Shown here piece after piece: positions 38,270 to 48,169 of a stretch of 64,000 nt of DNA. Where the stretch lies: positions 32,001 through 96,000 of the IMG/VR virus record IMGVR_UViG_3300021960_000030, one strand, 5' to 3'. A program made the translations under genes and the position numbers. Below the pieces are notes generated by a model. The model searched no databases. It was given only the letters and a program-made list of their open reading frames with translations, and had not been told where the DNA came from. The stretch is from a virus. Every line of letters starts with the position of its first letter. Positions within the stretch are counted from its first letter, which is position 1.

Positions 38270-38290
38270 GTTATCCCTTCGGAGTGGTTA

Positions 38291-41200
38291 TTAGATTACG
38301 AGTTCACGGATCTGCAGCGTGTCTCCTGTTGCAGGAGGAGTGCCAACACTAAAGTCAACAGCATTACCAGTGACGGTGTAATCAACGCCAGGAACCTGGC
38401 AAACACCATTCAAGAATACAAGGACAGAATATGCATTGTGACCAGCAGTAATAGCGAAGGAAGTGGTAGTACCATCGCCTGCATATGTCACACCTGCGTT
38501 ACCATTAGCAACACCAGTTGCTAAAGAGTATTTATCAGCACAACCATATGTACCTGTAACATCGAAGTTACCTGTAATCTTGGCGTTGCCATTTACTTTC
38601 AATCTCCAAGATGCATCTGCTGCTTCACCCAGACCGAAGTGAGTGTTACCATTGAATCTACCTGTGAAGATCTGACCAGAATCAGAAATGCCGAACTTAT
38701 ACCAGACAGCATTATCATAGATCCAACCCAGAGGTGTGCCAGGTGTCCAGTCAATGTTATAGCAGATGTCACCATTGTTGAATGCAGTACCAACAGCAAC
38801 ATCAGGTTCACCGTTGGGGAGTTCTTCAGCGAGGAAGAACTGCTTCAACACAGTACCATCATCGTTGGAGAATGTTTGCTTGAGAGTTTGAATGTTCTCT
38901 TGAGATGTAATCTTCTTCTGGAAGGTTACAGGACCAGAGAATACAGATTCCAACTGGTTAGATGCACCACCGATAACAGTCAGTTTGTCGGTAAGCACAA
39001 TCTCAGAGAAGGTTTCAATCTCACCCTCTTCACCAACAACGTTCAGTTGTGCAATATCTTCGGATGTAATCGCACCCGTAACTGGGTTGATAACTTGGTT
39101 ACCAATGTAGAGTTCACCGTCAGAGTTAACACCAGTGAAGTATGCAACGCCTGCTTCTTCTTTCAACTGCTGAGACAATCTCACTTCATCTTCACTCAGA
39201 ACTTGTACCTGAGTAGAGGGGAATGCAGTTGAGTAGTTACCAGGACCGAAACCAAGGTATTCAAACGTGTGACCAGATGCACGGAGAATCGAATAACGAC
39301 GCAGTTCAATCAGCAGAGGTGCGACTGACTGGTCAGCATTCAGTTTGAGTGCAATCTTACGATCTTCTTCGTCACCCAGACGTGCAGTAACAGAAACACT
39401 ATTCAGTGTGTTAGATGTAGTGTTGTATCCCAGGTTGTTCTCACCTTCAAGCAAGAAGAACTGTGCTGCTTCTCTAGTAATAGAACGCAGAGTATCAACT
39501 TTGGGTGTAGGTGTTGCACCATCGGTGGTCTTAACCAGACCGATAGTTTCGTTATCAGCAACAGACACAGCGGCAGCAGGGTCAGCAGAAGGGTTATCTC
39601 TGTCGAATGCAGGATAAACATCCTGTGTTCTCTGAGAGAATGCCATGTCGTTGAAGTTATCCGTGGAAGGAGTAACCGACGCAGACAGAAGTGTCAGATA
39701 GTAGATACCATCTGCTTCACCACGAACAAACTCTTGGAATGTTTCTACAGCATAGATGTAGTACACCTTGCTATATGAAGGTGAGTTAGTTTCAGACGAT
39801 CTAGGTTGCAGAACGAAACCAGTGATGGGTTGACGAGGAACGGGGAATGCATCCTTGTCCAGTACATAACGGAAGCGATATGTTCTGTCAACAAGGTTAC
39901 GGGGGTCGGGAACACGACGGATGAAACTCGGCGGAGAGAATGCCAAGTTCTGATACAACGAGTTCGCCAGAAGTGTGGTATAGATCGTGTTGTTGTTAGG
40001 ATCAACTTGGATATACCAGTTATTCTGTGCAGGGTCCCACTTGATCGGGTTCAGACCTTCAATATCATTAGGTCTTGTGCCTGTTACTTGAGGACCAGCG
40101 GGATTGATATATGCATAGTGAGTTGTAGGATCCGCAGCACCCGATGCTTTCAGAAGCACAAATACTTGGTCGGGAAGTGATGCCGAGTCTCTACGTGCAC
40201 CGATTGTGTAACCCTGAACCTTAGACGGCGGGGGTGCTGTCTCTACACTATAACCATACAGATACAGTCTAGAACTATTAGCAGCAGCACGAGTCTTTGC
40301 AATGTCCAGAGACACCCAGTTTACTGGGACCTCAATAACATCCGACAGAGATTTCGGTGGAATGATGTGGGTGATTGCACCTGCTTTATCTTTAGTAAAT
40401 GCGGCGCTTGAGAAACCCTTTGAACGCAGCGAAGTGTTTCCAAAGTTCGAGTTTGAGTTAGTAATGGATAGGTCACCACCAGACTCACTAAAGAAATGGT
40501 CACCAAATCCCACAGCGAACACAGACACAACCTGAATGAAACTGCCGTTGGATGCGTGAATATGGCAGTGCCGCCATCCTTTACGGTATTTCGCCAGACC
40601 GTTAATGTGTGCGCCCGATCCTTGTGCTTGTGCTTCATATGCACCAGTTGACTGGTTATAGAGAACAAATGCACGGTCATCTTTCTGCAGAGAGATACCC
40701 GTGAACTGTGCAACCACCATCGATTTGAAACCAGTTGCACGGGAACCATCTGCGTGCATTCCATTGATGCCCCAGACAGATCTCAATGAACAGTTAAACA
40801 CATATGGCGATGCAGAGTCAACTGTATCGATCTCAACTTTAACCAGAATGTTAGAACCAAGAGCATTACCTGATGGTTCTGCTGCCATCTGATAAGTGAA
40901 CTGGTTACCTTGTGCAGATGTAATCAGGAACGAACCATTGTAAAGCAGTTGATCCTGCTCAGTTGGTCCAGTAACACCTGAGATATTAACAGCAACGCCC
41001 ACTGAGAATCCATGATTCTTAGGATTACCCTGTTCGTCAACTGTGAATGCAGTAGCAGTCTGACCATTTCGTACAATCTGAGAAACAGCAAACTCGTCAG
41101 AAATCGGACCAACGATTCTGTTTTCTTCGACTCGTGCCTGAATCTGGTCCTGAGCAACAATACCAGAGGAATCGGGAATAGTTGCGTAACCTTTGGAGAT

Positions 41201-41869
41201 CTTCTGGTAGTACAGATCAAGATCGGAAGACTTCGCAAACTCAAAACAAGTTATCTTGTGGTGGGAATAGTTAGGAGCGATAGTTGCAATATCGTCACCA
41301 CGATAATAAACACCATTGTTGTCACCATCGAAGAATGACATCTGCCAGAAGTACGATGCACCTGTCAGCAAGAAGATAGCAGACTTAACAGGTTCGTTGG
41401 CAGCAGTGATACCTAGGGTACCTGATGTTGTTGGGTACGGAACATACTTAGGTACGATCTTAGTGCGACGGAGGTCACTACCAACAACAGAACAACCTCT
41501 CGGTACGATAACCCCACCATCAGTTGAGTTGTACCTATAAAGGACATTCGCAGAACTTGTAATATCGAAGTTAGTGTTGGCATCAAAAGGTTGAATAGCG
41601 TTGAAATCTGATACACCAGGGCGGTTGTCAATGACGTATTCTGATGGATACAGATAGATCGAGAATGCGTCGAACTCGTCATTACTTAGACCGACACGAT
41701 ACGAGAAACGTGCCACCTCAAGGAAGGCACGTTGCAACGTCTTAAACGGACGCAGTGCTGAGTTTCCTCTGTTATCATATGCATCCGATGCATCGAAGTC
41801 GTCGGGGTTGACGTAGATAATACGTCCCGTCCTCGACGTGATGATATTCTTAAGACGAGTAAGTGCCAT
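38291..41869 (-). CDS. Large virion structural/fibre protein (1192 aa)
   Basis: IYVNP..RPFKTLQRA N-terminal motif and C-terminal GDGTTTSF..VLVFLNGV.Q.PGVDY. Confidence 0.8.
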   Translation of the reverse strand: MALTRLKNIITSRTGRIIYVNPDDFDASDAYDNRGNSALRPFKTLQRAFLEVARFSYRVGLSNDEFDAFSIYLYPSEYVIDNRPGVSDFNAIQPFDANTNFDITSSANVLYRYNSTDGGVIVPRGCSVVGSDLRRTKIVPKYVPYPTTSGTLGITAANEPVKSAIFLLTGASYFWQMSFFDGDNNGVYYRGDDIATIAPNYSHHKITCFEFAKSSDLDLYYQKISKGYATIPDSSGIVAQDQIQARVEENRIVGPISDEFAVSQIVRNGQTATAFTVDEQGNPKNHGFSVGVAVNISGVTGPTEQDQLLYNGSFLITSAQGNQFTYQMAAEPSGNALGSNILVKVEIDTVDSASPYVFNCSLRSVWGINGMHADGSRATGFKSMVVAQFTGISLQKDDRAFVLYNQSTGAYEAQAQGSGAHINGLAKYRKGWRHCHIHASNGSFIQVVSVFAVGFGDHFFSESGGDLSITNSNSNFGNTSLRSKGFSSAAFTKDKAGAITHIIPPKSLSDVIEVPVNWVSLDIAKTRAAANSSRLYLYGYSVETAPPPSKVQGYTIGARRDSASLPDQVFVLLKASGAADPTTHYAYINPAGPQVTGTRPNDIEGLNPIKWDPAQNNWYIQVDPNNNTIYTTLLANSLYQNLAFSPPSFIRRVPDPRNLVDRTYRFRYVLDKDAFPVPRQPITGFVLQPRSSETNSPSYSKVYYIYAVETFQEFVRGEADGIYYLTLLSASVTPSTDNFNDMAFSQRTQDVYPAFDRDNPSADPAAAVSVADNETIGLVKTTDGATPTPKVDTLRSITREAAQFFLLEGENNLGYNTTSNTLNSVSVTARLGDEEDRKIALKLNADQSVAPLLIELRRYSILRASGHTFEYLGFGPGNYSTAFPSTQVQVLSEDEVRLSQQLKEEAGVAYFTGVNSDGELYIGNQVINPVTGAITSEDIAQLNVVGEEGEIETFSEIVLTDKLTVIGGASNQLESVFSGPVTFQKKITSQENIQTLKQTFSNDDGTVLKQFFLAEELPNGEPDVAVGTAFNNGDICYNIDWTPGTPLGWIYDNAVWYKFGISDSGQIFTGRFNGNTHFGLGEAADASWRLKVNGNAKITGNFDVTGTYGCADKYSLATGVANGNAGVTYAGDGTTTSFAITAGHNAYSVLVFLNGVCQVPGVDYTVTGNAVDFSVGTPPATGDTLQIRELVI

Positions 41870-41904
41870 TTATTCGGATTCCAACGGTGCCGTTTGACTA
41901 TTTA

Positions 41905-44142
41905 TTAGGGTACTACTGGAGCACCATCATCACCAGCATCCTTCGGAAGGTGAACAACTTCATAGTCCGAAGATGCAGTTTCAAATCCTTGCACTGCAAC
42001 TGCAATCTGTGCAGAAGCATATGCAAGCAAGTTCTGACCAGGACCAACTACGATTGCAGTATCGCGTTGCTGATCGTTGTTAGCAATAGACTTATCATAG
42101 AGCAGATAATCTTGACTCTCTGCCTCGTCCACATCTACATGCACAGCATCAGAGACAGTTGCAACAGTAAATGTTACGTTTGCTGCACCACCTGCACCCA
42201 ATACAGAGTCATTGATTGTGACAGTATCGGCGGCAATGAAGTCTGAACCACCATCAACAATGGTGAGAGTCACACCACCACCAGCAGCAACAACTACATT
42301 GAAGACTGCACTTACACCAGCAGCACTTGTAGACCATGCAACTGCATTGTATGTGCCAGGAACGCGAGAAGCGTCAGCACCACTCAGACCAGAAATGGTC
42401 AGGATCTTACCATCAACTGCTTGAACAAGTGTTCTGTTTGCGTTGTTCTGTGTAGGTGTAGTGTAGAACTCGTCGTTGTCTGCAAATGCTGCAGATCCGA
42501 TGTCCAGAGATACCTTCAGCAGTGCTGTATCTGCATCGTATGCATGAACATAACCATAAGCACCAGGAGTGATGCCACCCTGCTGAATGGTTTGAGTTGT
42601 AGTACCAACGGTGAATGTATCAGCAGCAGTGAAAGGTTCGCCTGCTACTTTGTAGACATAGATCTCTTCATAGAGAGGTGCAAGTACGGGTTCAAATGTG
42701 AAACCACCACCAGCATCGTTAGCGTTGCCATCACCATCAACACCAGCATCAGAGAATGCATACAGTGTGGTGGGAATGTTGTCATCAATGGTGATCTGAG
42801 AGTATGCACCACCAGATCCAGCAGTACCAACCTTGATAACACCTGCAGTGTATTCTGTACCCGTCGAAGAGTTTGAACCTTCTTCGTTATCACCCGAGAA
42901 CTTCAATGGGTGACCAGCATTGGAAGCATCCGACTGATCGAAACGATAAACTCTTTCGTTGTTTGCTGTGATCGGTTCAATAATCTCATGATCAGTTGCA
43001 ACAGCACTGGTCTGAGAGAGAATGAAACTAGGAGTGATTTCAACATCCTGAGCAACAGTGAATCCCAGAGTTGCAGTTGCATTACTTGTACCGAAGGTAA
43101 CGTTCTCGTCCTCGGTGAAGTAGTTAAGGAGATATTGACCAGAGTCGGTCAGAGCGGTGACAGTAGAACCATCGTTATGGTCAACGTCAGCAGTGCCATA
43201 TGCACCACGACTAACAGTCAAATCGTTACCATTAACGTCGGTGACTTCCATCACTTCGTTATCAATGGTGATAAACTGACCAGTAAGGAAACCAGTGGAA
43301 TCAGTCAGTGTGAGAGTTACGTCACCAGCAGCAAATGTTGCACCTTCGTTAACTGTGGTTTGAGTTGCAGACAGAGTGAATGCAGTTACATACTCACCAG
43401 ACTTGATTGCACGAGCAACAGTGCCATATGCACCACGAGTGATAGTCAGTGTGTTGTTGGTCAGGTTAATACCACCAACGTCAATGGTGACCAGTTCAGT
43501 AGTCGATGCTCCACCACCAGGGGGGAAAGAAGGACCAATGGTCAAAATCTGACTATCAGCAAGACCAGTATTTCTGGAAACTTTTACTTGATTGGTACCA
43601 GAAGCAACATCAGGAATGTTGACGTGAGCAAGGTTGTCTTGTGCCAGGAAACCACGGTTTGTAGCAACCAAACCAGAAGTTGCACCAGTGATTGTCTCAC
43701 CACCAACAGGTTGACCGACAACAGTTTCAGGAGCAAAAGGAAGATCAGAGATCTCTTCAAACTTCACATAGTACAGAATAGTATCGATCGGTTTGTACAC
43801 GTCCAGCAGTTTGGCAGTAGAACCAAGTGCACTGCTAATAGTTGTACCAGGGACCGCCTGGGCATATGTAAAACCAGGAGCAACCTTGAGTTTATATCCA
43901 GTAACGGGATTACCCTTTACAAACTGGTGCGTCGATGCTGCACCACCATTTGCATTGATTTGAGGACCAGAAACCCTGAGGATTTGATCATAATCTCTAA
44001 GTGCCAAGCGGTATGCTGCTGCACCACCAGACCAGTTGGCGGCAGTCACCATCACACTTGCGGTGCTATCAATGTCTGCACCATACACTACAGTGTTTGT
44101 AGTTGCAGACAGATATTTTGCTGCGAGTCTTCCTGCTGTCAT
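41905..44142 (-). CDS. Virion structural protein (745 aa)
   Basis: Repeated LTVxRGAYGT modules, YRFDQSDASNAGHPL, and one gp7-type repeat unit. Confidence 0.8.
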   Translation of the reverse strand: MTAGRLAAKYLSATTNTVVYGADIDSTASVMVTAANWSGGAAAYRLALRDYDQILRVSGPQINANGGAASTHQFVKGNPVTGYKLKVAPGFTYAQAVPGTTISSALGSTAKLLDVYKPIDTILYYVKFEEISDLPFAPETVVGQPVGGETITGATSGLVATNRGFLAQDNLAHVNIPDVASGTNQVKVSRNTGLADSQILTIGPSFPPGGGASTTELVTIDVGGINLTNNTLTITRGAYGTVARAIKSGEYVTAFTLSATQTTVNEGATFAAGDVTLTLTDSTGFLTGQFITIDNEVMEVTDVNGNDLTVSRGAYGTADVDHNDGSTVTALTDSGQYLLNYFTEDENVTFGTSNATATLGFTVAQDVEITPSFILSQTSAVATDHEIIEPITANNERVYRFDQSDASNAGHPLKFSGDNEEGSNSSTGTEYTAGVIKVGTAGSGGAYSQITIDDNIPTTLYAFSDAGVDGDGNANDAGGGFTFEPVLAPLYEEIYVYKVAGEPFTAADTFTVGTTTQTIQQGGITPGAYGYVHAYDADTALLKVSLDIGSAAFADNDEFYTTPTQNNANRTLVQAVDGKILTISGLSGADASRVPGTYNAVAWSTSAAGVSAVFNVVVAAGGGVTLTIVDGGSDFIAADTVTINDSVLGAGGAANVTFTVATVSDAVHVDVDEAESQDYLLYDKSIANNDQQRDTAIVVGPGQNLLAYASAQIAVAVQGFETASSDYEVVHLPKDAGDDGAPVVP

Positions 44143-44148
44143 GTTTGA

Positions 44149-45483
44149 TTACCAACCTGCTTGGAAATAAGATTGAAGTCTAATAGAACCACCTAATGTC
44201 GGTGCCGAGAGAGGACCACCGAAGGTAATAGCAACATCACTAATGTTGTTTGTGGACAGCAATGTAGCGTTCGCGTTAGGGAACTGAATGGTCACTGTCT
44301 CTGTGATGTTAGAGGCATCGATAATAACTCTACCGTTCAGTTCTACAGGGTTATCGAAACTTGCGTTCTGAAAGATTTTGTTATTAACGATCTGAGTTGC
44401 TTGCTCAGCAACCAGTACATTACTGTTACCGCCATTATTTAGCGGGAATGCAATACTGCCCTCTGGGAAGGTGAAGTCCAGAGTGCTGTTTGAGTTGAGG
44501 TTTGTGAGGTTGAAGAAGACCTTCTTCGTTTCATCAGCGATGTCCTCAAGCACCGCACCTTTGTATGATTTGTTGCTCAGTGTTTGGGATGCTGCTTCAC
44601 CAACAACGATGACGTTCAAGTCAGGGAACGTAACTGTTCTATCTTGTGTCAGTCTAGACTGATCGAAGATGACGAAACGTGTGGGGTTGTTAGGATCGGT
44701 GGAAGGTGTGTTGGAGAACGTGGGGTTAACCATGTTCTTGTTATACACATCCTGATCAGTTACATCATCAAGAAGTGTAGATGTAACAACAGCAGCACCA
44801 AAGTCAGGCAGTTTGTATGTGTGAGTACCAGGAGATTCCCAGGTGTCAACTTCAAACTTGGCAACCTTTGATGCATTGGAAGAACCAATGACGCTGAGTT
44901 CAGAGTCCTTGATAATGATTGTCTTGTTAGAGACAGTCTGGACAGTGTTATCAGCAAGAAGAACTGAAGATGTCAGTGTACCCAAGTCGGGCATATCCAG
45001 GCGGCGAGTACCAGTCTGGAGAGACACAGTATCGACGTTGAAATATACTTTCTTGCCAGGGTTTTGTGCACCGATGAAGATCGTATTTTGGTCAGTAAAC
45101 TGCGAAATACCATTAACAGTAAAATAACCAGAACCCTGGGGAGAGATCTGGTAGTTAGAGTTAGACGCCGCAGTGTCAATGACTCTGGTATTTACTGTGC
45201 TAGAACCATCAGTGTTGGCGATTCTAGAATGATATACAGAGGAGGTACCAAACGTTAGACCCAGTTCGTTAACCGCTGATTGATACAGACCTGTATCTCG
45301 GTCAAGGTCAAACGCCAGACCAGGCGCAGACTGTGATCCCGCAGCAACACCACGGAAGAGTTGGTTAACTTTTGCTTTCCTGTTAGGAATAAGAGGGTCG
45401 GAGATAACGATGGGCAGGACTGCCTCACCCGTCACCAATCCGTCCGCAATCGTATCTAACTGGGATATTCTTTTGGTTGCCAC
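44149..45483 (-). CDS. Virion structural protein (444 aa)
   Basis: KRISQL start, APGLAFD.DTGLY and repeated QTxxNK fibre motifs. Confidence 0.75.
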   Translation of the reverse strand: MATKRISQLDTIADGLVTGEAVLPIVISDPLIPNRKAKVNQLFRGVAAGSQSAPGLAFDLDRDTGLYQSAVNELGLTFGTSSVYHSRIANTDGSSTVNTRVIDTAASNSNYQISPQGSGYFTVNGISQFTDQNTIFIGAQNPGKKVYFNVDTVSLQTGTRRLDMPDLGTLTSSVLLADNTVQTVSNKTIIIKDSELSVIGSSNASKVAKFEVDTWESPGTHTYKLPDFGAAVVTSTLLDDVTDQDVYNKNMVNPTFSNTPSTDPNNPTRFVIFDQSRLTQDRTVTFPDLNVIVVGEAASQTLSNKSYKGAVLEDIADETKKVFFNLTNLNSNSTLDFTFPEGSIAFPLNNGGNSNVLVAEQATQIVNNKIFQNASFDNPVELNGRVIIDASNITETVTIQFPNANATLLSTNNISDVAITFGGPLSAPTLGGSIRLQSYFQAGW

Positions 45484-45508
45484 TACGAAACAGTACGATT
45501 CTTCTGGT

Positions 45509-46087
45509 CTATTTATACAGACTTATTATAGGACTTTCCTGGGCATTTTTAGGCAACTTAGGCAACTTGCTCGATCGAGTATTTGCCTTACGAAGATGGT
45601 GGTTGTCTGTGTAGTTAGATTCCTCTAGATTTCCGCCAGAGTTATTCATCTTGTTGTCGTCTTTGTGATCAACAACAGGTGTTCTTGGCCAACGTTTATT
45701 ATAGAGGAAGAATGCAAGTGTGTGGTATTGAAACTTGAATGATTGCAACTCACCATGAATGTTCTTGCATGTCACTGCAACAACACGATAGTTTTTGTAA
45801 CCATCCCATCCACCTAGGATTAGTTTACCATTACTCTTGCGGTAGATGTTACCTCTACACTGAACCAGTGTTCTTCTCTCTGGATCTGTCTTCCACTTAT
45901 AGTGGTCGATTACAGTATCCTTGAGTTCATACTTGTTTAGCAAATCTTGATCATCGATCTGCCACCTGACGTTGTTTGGTGTGATAACACCCCTACGCTC
46001 CAGTAGATCGCGGATGTCAACATCATGTTTGTCTTTCAGCAGTTGTGCTGCCTCGACAAACTTATCAAGCATCAAGTCCAAACTCAT
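45509..46087 (-). CDS. HNH (homing-type) endonuclease
   Basis: YHTLAF...VVDHKDDNKMNN..NLE.....N follows the HNH_3 pattern. Confidence 0.8.
   Translation of the reverse strand: MSLDLMLDKFVEAAQLLKDKHDVDIRDLLERRGVITPNNVRWQIDDQDLLNKYELKDTVIDHYKWKTDPERRTLVQCRGNIYRKSNGKLILGGWDGYKNYRVVAVTCKNIHGELQSFKFQYHTLAFFLYNKRWPRTPVVDHKDDNKMNNSGGNLEESNYTDNHHLRKANTRSSKLPKLPKNAQESPIISLYK
45510..45517 (-). promoter_or_regulatory. Late promoter TATAAATA overlapping the HNH stop codon
   Basis: Exact consensus upstream of 45483. Confidence 0.7.
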
Positions 46088-46469
46088 AACTATTCTCCAG
46101 GGTCATTGCAGAAATCTCATCATCCGTGTAGTTGGGAGCGTCAGGATTCAATACCCGAGAAAGTTTTGCTTTGAGATCAGCATTCTCGTACTTAAGATCA
46201 ACGTAGTCCTCATTCTTGCAGAGTTCATACTCAGTCAATACTTTCTGCACAAGACAATCATCGTTGTCTTCAAAGAGAGCAATGTGCATACCCGCATCCA
46301 TAATCTCATAATCAGAGAATCCCATGCTCCTCATGAAAGAAGCAAACAACCGAATCATTTGGTATGGAAGGAGTTCTTCTGAAGGCACCTCCATCGTGAT
46401 GGTTTGTTCAGGCAGCGTCATGTTGTCGAAATAGTTATCCTGACGATGATACTTCAGCGTGATCGACAT
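46065..46469 (-). CDS. Hypothetical protein
   Basis: ORF track. Confidence 0.7.
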   Translation of the reverse strand: MSITLKYHRQDNYFDNMTLPEQTITMEVPSEELLPYQMIRLFASFMRSMGFSDYEIMDAGMHIALFEDNDDCLVQKVLTEYELCKNEDYVDLKYENADLKAKLSRVLNPDAPNYTDDEISAMTLENSYEFGLDA

Positions 46470-46825
46470 GTGATGTTCGTAACTGAGACTATCTTACCAG
46501 CACAGAAGGTCATTTGGCAAGTGGGCCAGTCTTCCCACTGTCCCTTCCAGTTGGCAGGATATGCTTCAATAACACCGTAGTATTCTGAGGCACGAACCTT
46601 ACCGTGATTTCCATTGGGAACCCATGTTATACCCTTCCAGAAGGGGGTATCATCCTGCTCGTTCACAGCAAAATCTTGGGTACCACTGTAATCAATCTCA
46701 TAGAGTTGACCTGCAGGAGAAATCCAATACTCTGCCATCAAACAATCCAACGATTTAGTTTGAAGTTCTCCGTCCATACCTTTGCCTAGGTTATAGGAAG
46801 ATCGGATAGTGTCGAACATGCCCAT
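46454..46825 (-). CDS. Conserved phage hypothetical protein (MGMFD..QTK.L)
   Basis: Recurrent phage family N-terminus MGMFDTI...LQTKSLDC. Confidence 0.75.
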   Translation of the reverse strand: MGMFDTIRSSYNLGKGMDGELQTKSLDCLMAEYWISPAGQLYEIDYSGTQDFAVNEQDDTPFWKGITWVPNGNHGKVRASEYYGVIEAYPANWKGQWEDWPTCQMTFCAGKIVSVTNITCRSR

Positions 46826-46837
46826 GTGAAATACCCA

Positions 46838-47350
46838 TTAAAAATAGTTTAGGTTAAGAACAAAACGGCGGGTGTATCCAGTTGCGGATGCTGCTGTGTG
46901 TTCGTATTTTCCATCAAACACTAGCATCCTGTTACGGACACTTTTAATGATACCAATACTTTCATCGGATGGTTCTAGGATTCTAGTATATCCGTTGTTA
47001 GTGTTCATGTAAAAGATGGCAGTCTTAGACTGCCAGTCTTTAGGAACATCAGTATGACTTCCCCACTCTATACAGGATGGGGTTGAATGCGTCATATTTA
47101 GTTTGATTCTGATCCAACTCTTAACATTCAGACGTTCGGCAAAGGTTTCTTCAATCACATTATAGTATGGTGATTGAGGTTGGTCCTTGTCGTAAAACTT
47201 ATGAACGTACTGATAGTTATATGTTGGATCAACCGAAGAAGTTTCCAGTTTTACATCGTAGAACCATGGAAACTCTCGGTTGTACACAGTGGCATTGCAT
47301 AATGAAGTGAAAACATCCTCTGGGAGGAAATCATCGATCACACTGCACAT
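46838..47350 (-). CDS. 2OG-Fe(II) oxygenase-like protein
   Basis: IDDFL, RIKLN, HTD, TAIFYMNTNNGYT, NRMLVFDG..H and R.VLNLNY. Confidence 0.85.
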   Translation of the reverse strand: MCSVIDDFLPEDVFTSLCNATVYNREFPWFYDVKLETSSVDPTYNYQYVHKFYDKDQPQSPYYNVIEETFAERLNVKSWIRIKLNMTHSTPSCIEWGSHTDVPKDWQSKTAIFYMNTNNGYTRILEPSDESIGIIKSVRNRMLVFDGKYEHTAASATGYTRRFVLNLNYF

Positions 47351-47368
47351 ACACTTCCTTCACACGGA

Positions 47369-47441
47369 CTCCTCCACCTGGGCTCGAACCAGGGACATTT
47401 TGATTAACAGTCAAACGCTCTACCGACTGAGCTATAGAGGA
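47369..47441 (-). tRNA. trnN: tRNA-Asn(GTT)
   Basis: Cloverleaf with TAGCTCAG, anticodon loop CTGTTAA and GGTTCGAGCCC. Confidence 0.92.
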
Positions 47442-47466
47442 ATATTCGCTATTCGCAAATAGCGAA

Positions 47467-47539
47467 TGGAGAATAGCGGACTCGAACCGCTGACATCCTG
47501 CTTGCAAAGCAGGCGCTCTACCAACTGAGCTAATCCCCC
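47467..47539 (-). tRNA. trnA: tRNA-Ala(TGC)
   Basis: GGGGGATTAGCTCAG...TTGCAAG...GGTTCGAGTCCGCTATTCTCCA, with the G3:U70 identity pair. Confidence 0.93.
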
Positions 47540-47870
47540 TGGCGACCCTTTTATTGACGAGGTAGAGTCGAACCCCGTGGTGAATATAAGGTATGGACCC
47601 CCATATTCTTTTTCACTATGAAGAATGAAACATCATAGCGCCAGATGAGGGCAAGGGTATCTGCCTACGATAATCTACGATGCAGTATAGGGGACCCTTT
47701 ATTTAATACAACGTTCCTTGTTGTACCCAAAGATGGAGTAAGCGTAATATACCTCATAAGGATATAACAGAGGCTTACCCTCTATGTTGCCGTGTGTTTG
47801 TGAGACTAAATCAGACTGATTTGATAGACGCCCCACAGGATTCTATCATAAAATCTGAACCACGGTATCA
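47540..47870 (-). ncRNA. Putative structured non-coding RNA(s) inside the tRNA cluster
   Basis: About 330 nt with no credible ORF and several hairpins. Ends in CGCCA directly abutting tRNA-Ala. Confidence 0.4.
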
Positions 47871-47929
47871 TATTTATGTGCAATCATCAACGAATATTAA
47901 CGTTTTTGAGCACAAAAACATGTTTTTTG

Positions 47930-48001
47930 TCATCTGTCTGGGAATCGAACCCAGTTTCCAACTCCCTTGTCGGGGTGTCCTTACCAATAGACTACCAGAT
48001 A
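47930..48001 (-). tRNA. tRNA-like element with a non-canonical anticodon arm
   Basis: Good acceptor stem, D arm and T arm (CTGGG-TTCGATT-CCCAG). The anticodon arm CCCC-GACAA-GGGA is aberrant. Confidence 0.55.
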
Positions 48002-48005
48002 CCAA

Positions 48006-48079
48006 AGCCCACGGTCGGACTTGAACCGACGACCTACGGTTTACAAAACCGTTGCTCTATCCAGCTGAGCTACACAGGC
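48006..48079 (-). tRNA. trnT: tRNA-Thr(TGT)
   Basis: Cloverleaf with anticodon loop TTTGTAA. Confidence 0.92.
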
Positions 48080-48082
48080 ATA

Positions 48083-48169
48083 CGGAGAGTTAGGGATTTG
48101 AACCCTAGAAGAGGTAACCCCCTTACAGCATTTCCAGTGCTGCTCCTTCAACCACTCGGACAACTCTCC
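48083..48169 (-). tRNA. trnS: tRNA-Ser(GGA)
   Basis: Long variable arm and anticodon loop CTGGAAA. Confidence 0.92.

Noticed and set aside
42910-44148. 412-aa + strand ORF and similar antisense ORFs over gp6, the helicase and the adhesin
   Set aside because: Antisense shadows of well-supported minus-strand genes.
36555-45483. Diversity-generating retroelement or invertible tail-fibre system
   Set aside because: No reverse transcriptase, recombinase or template/variable repeat pair was seen.
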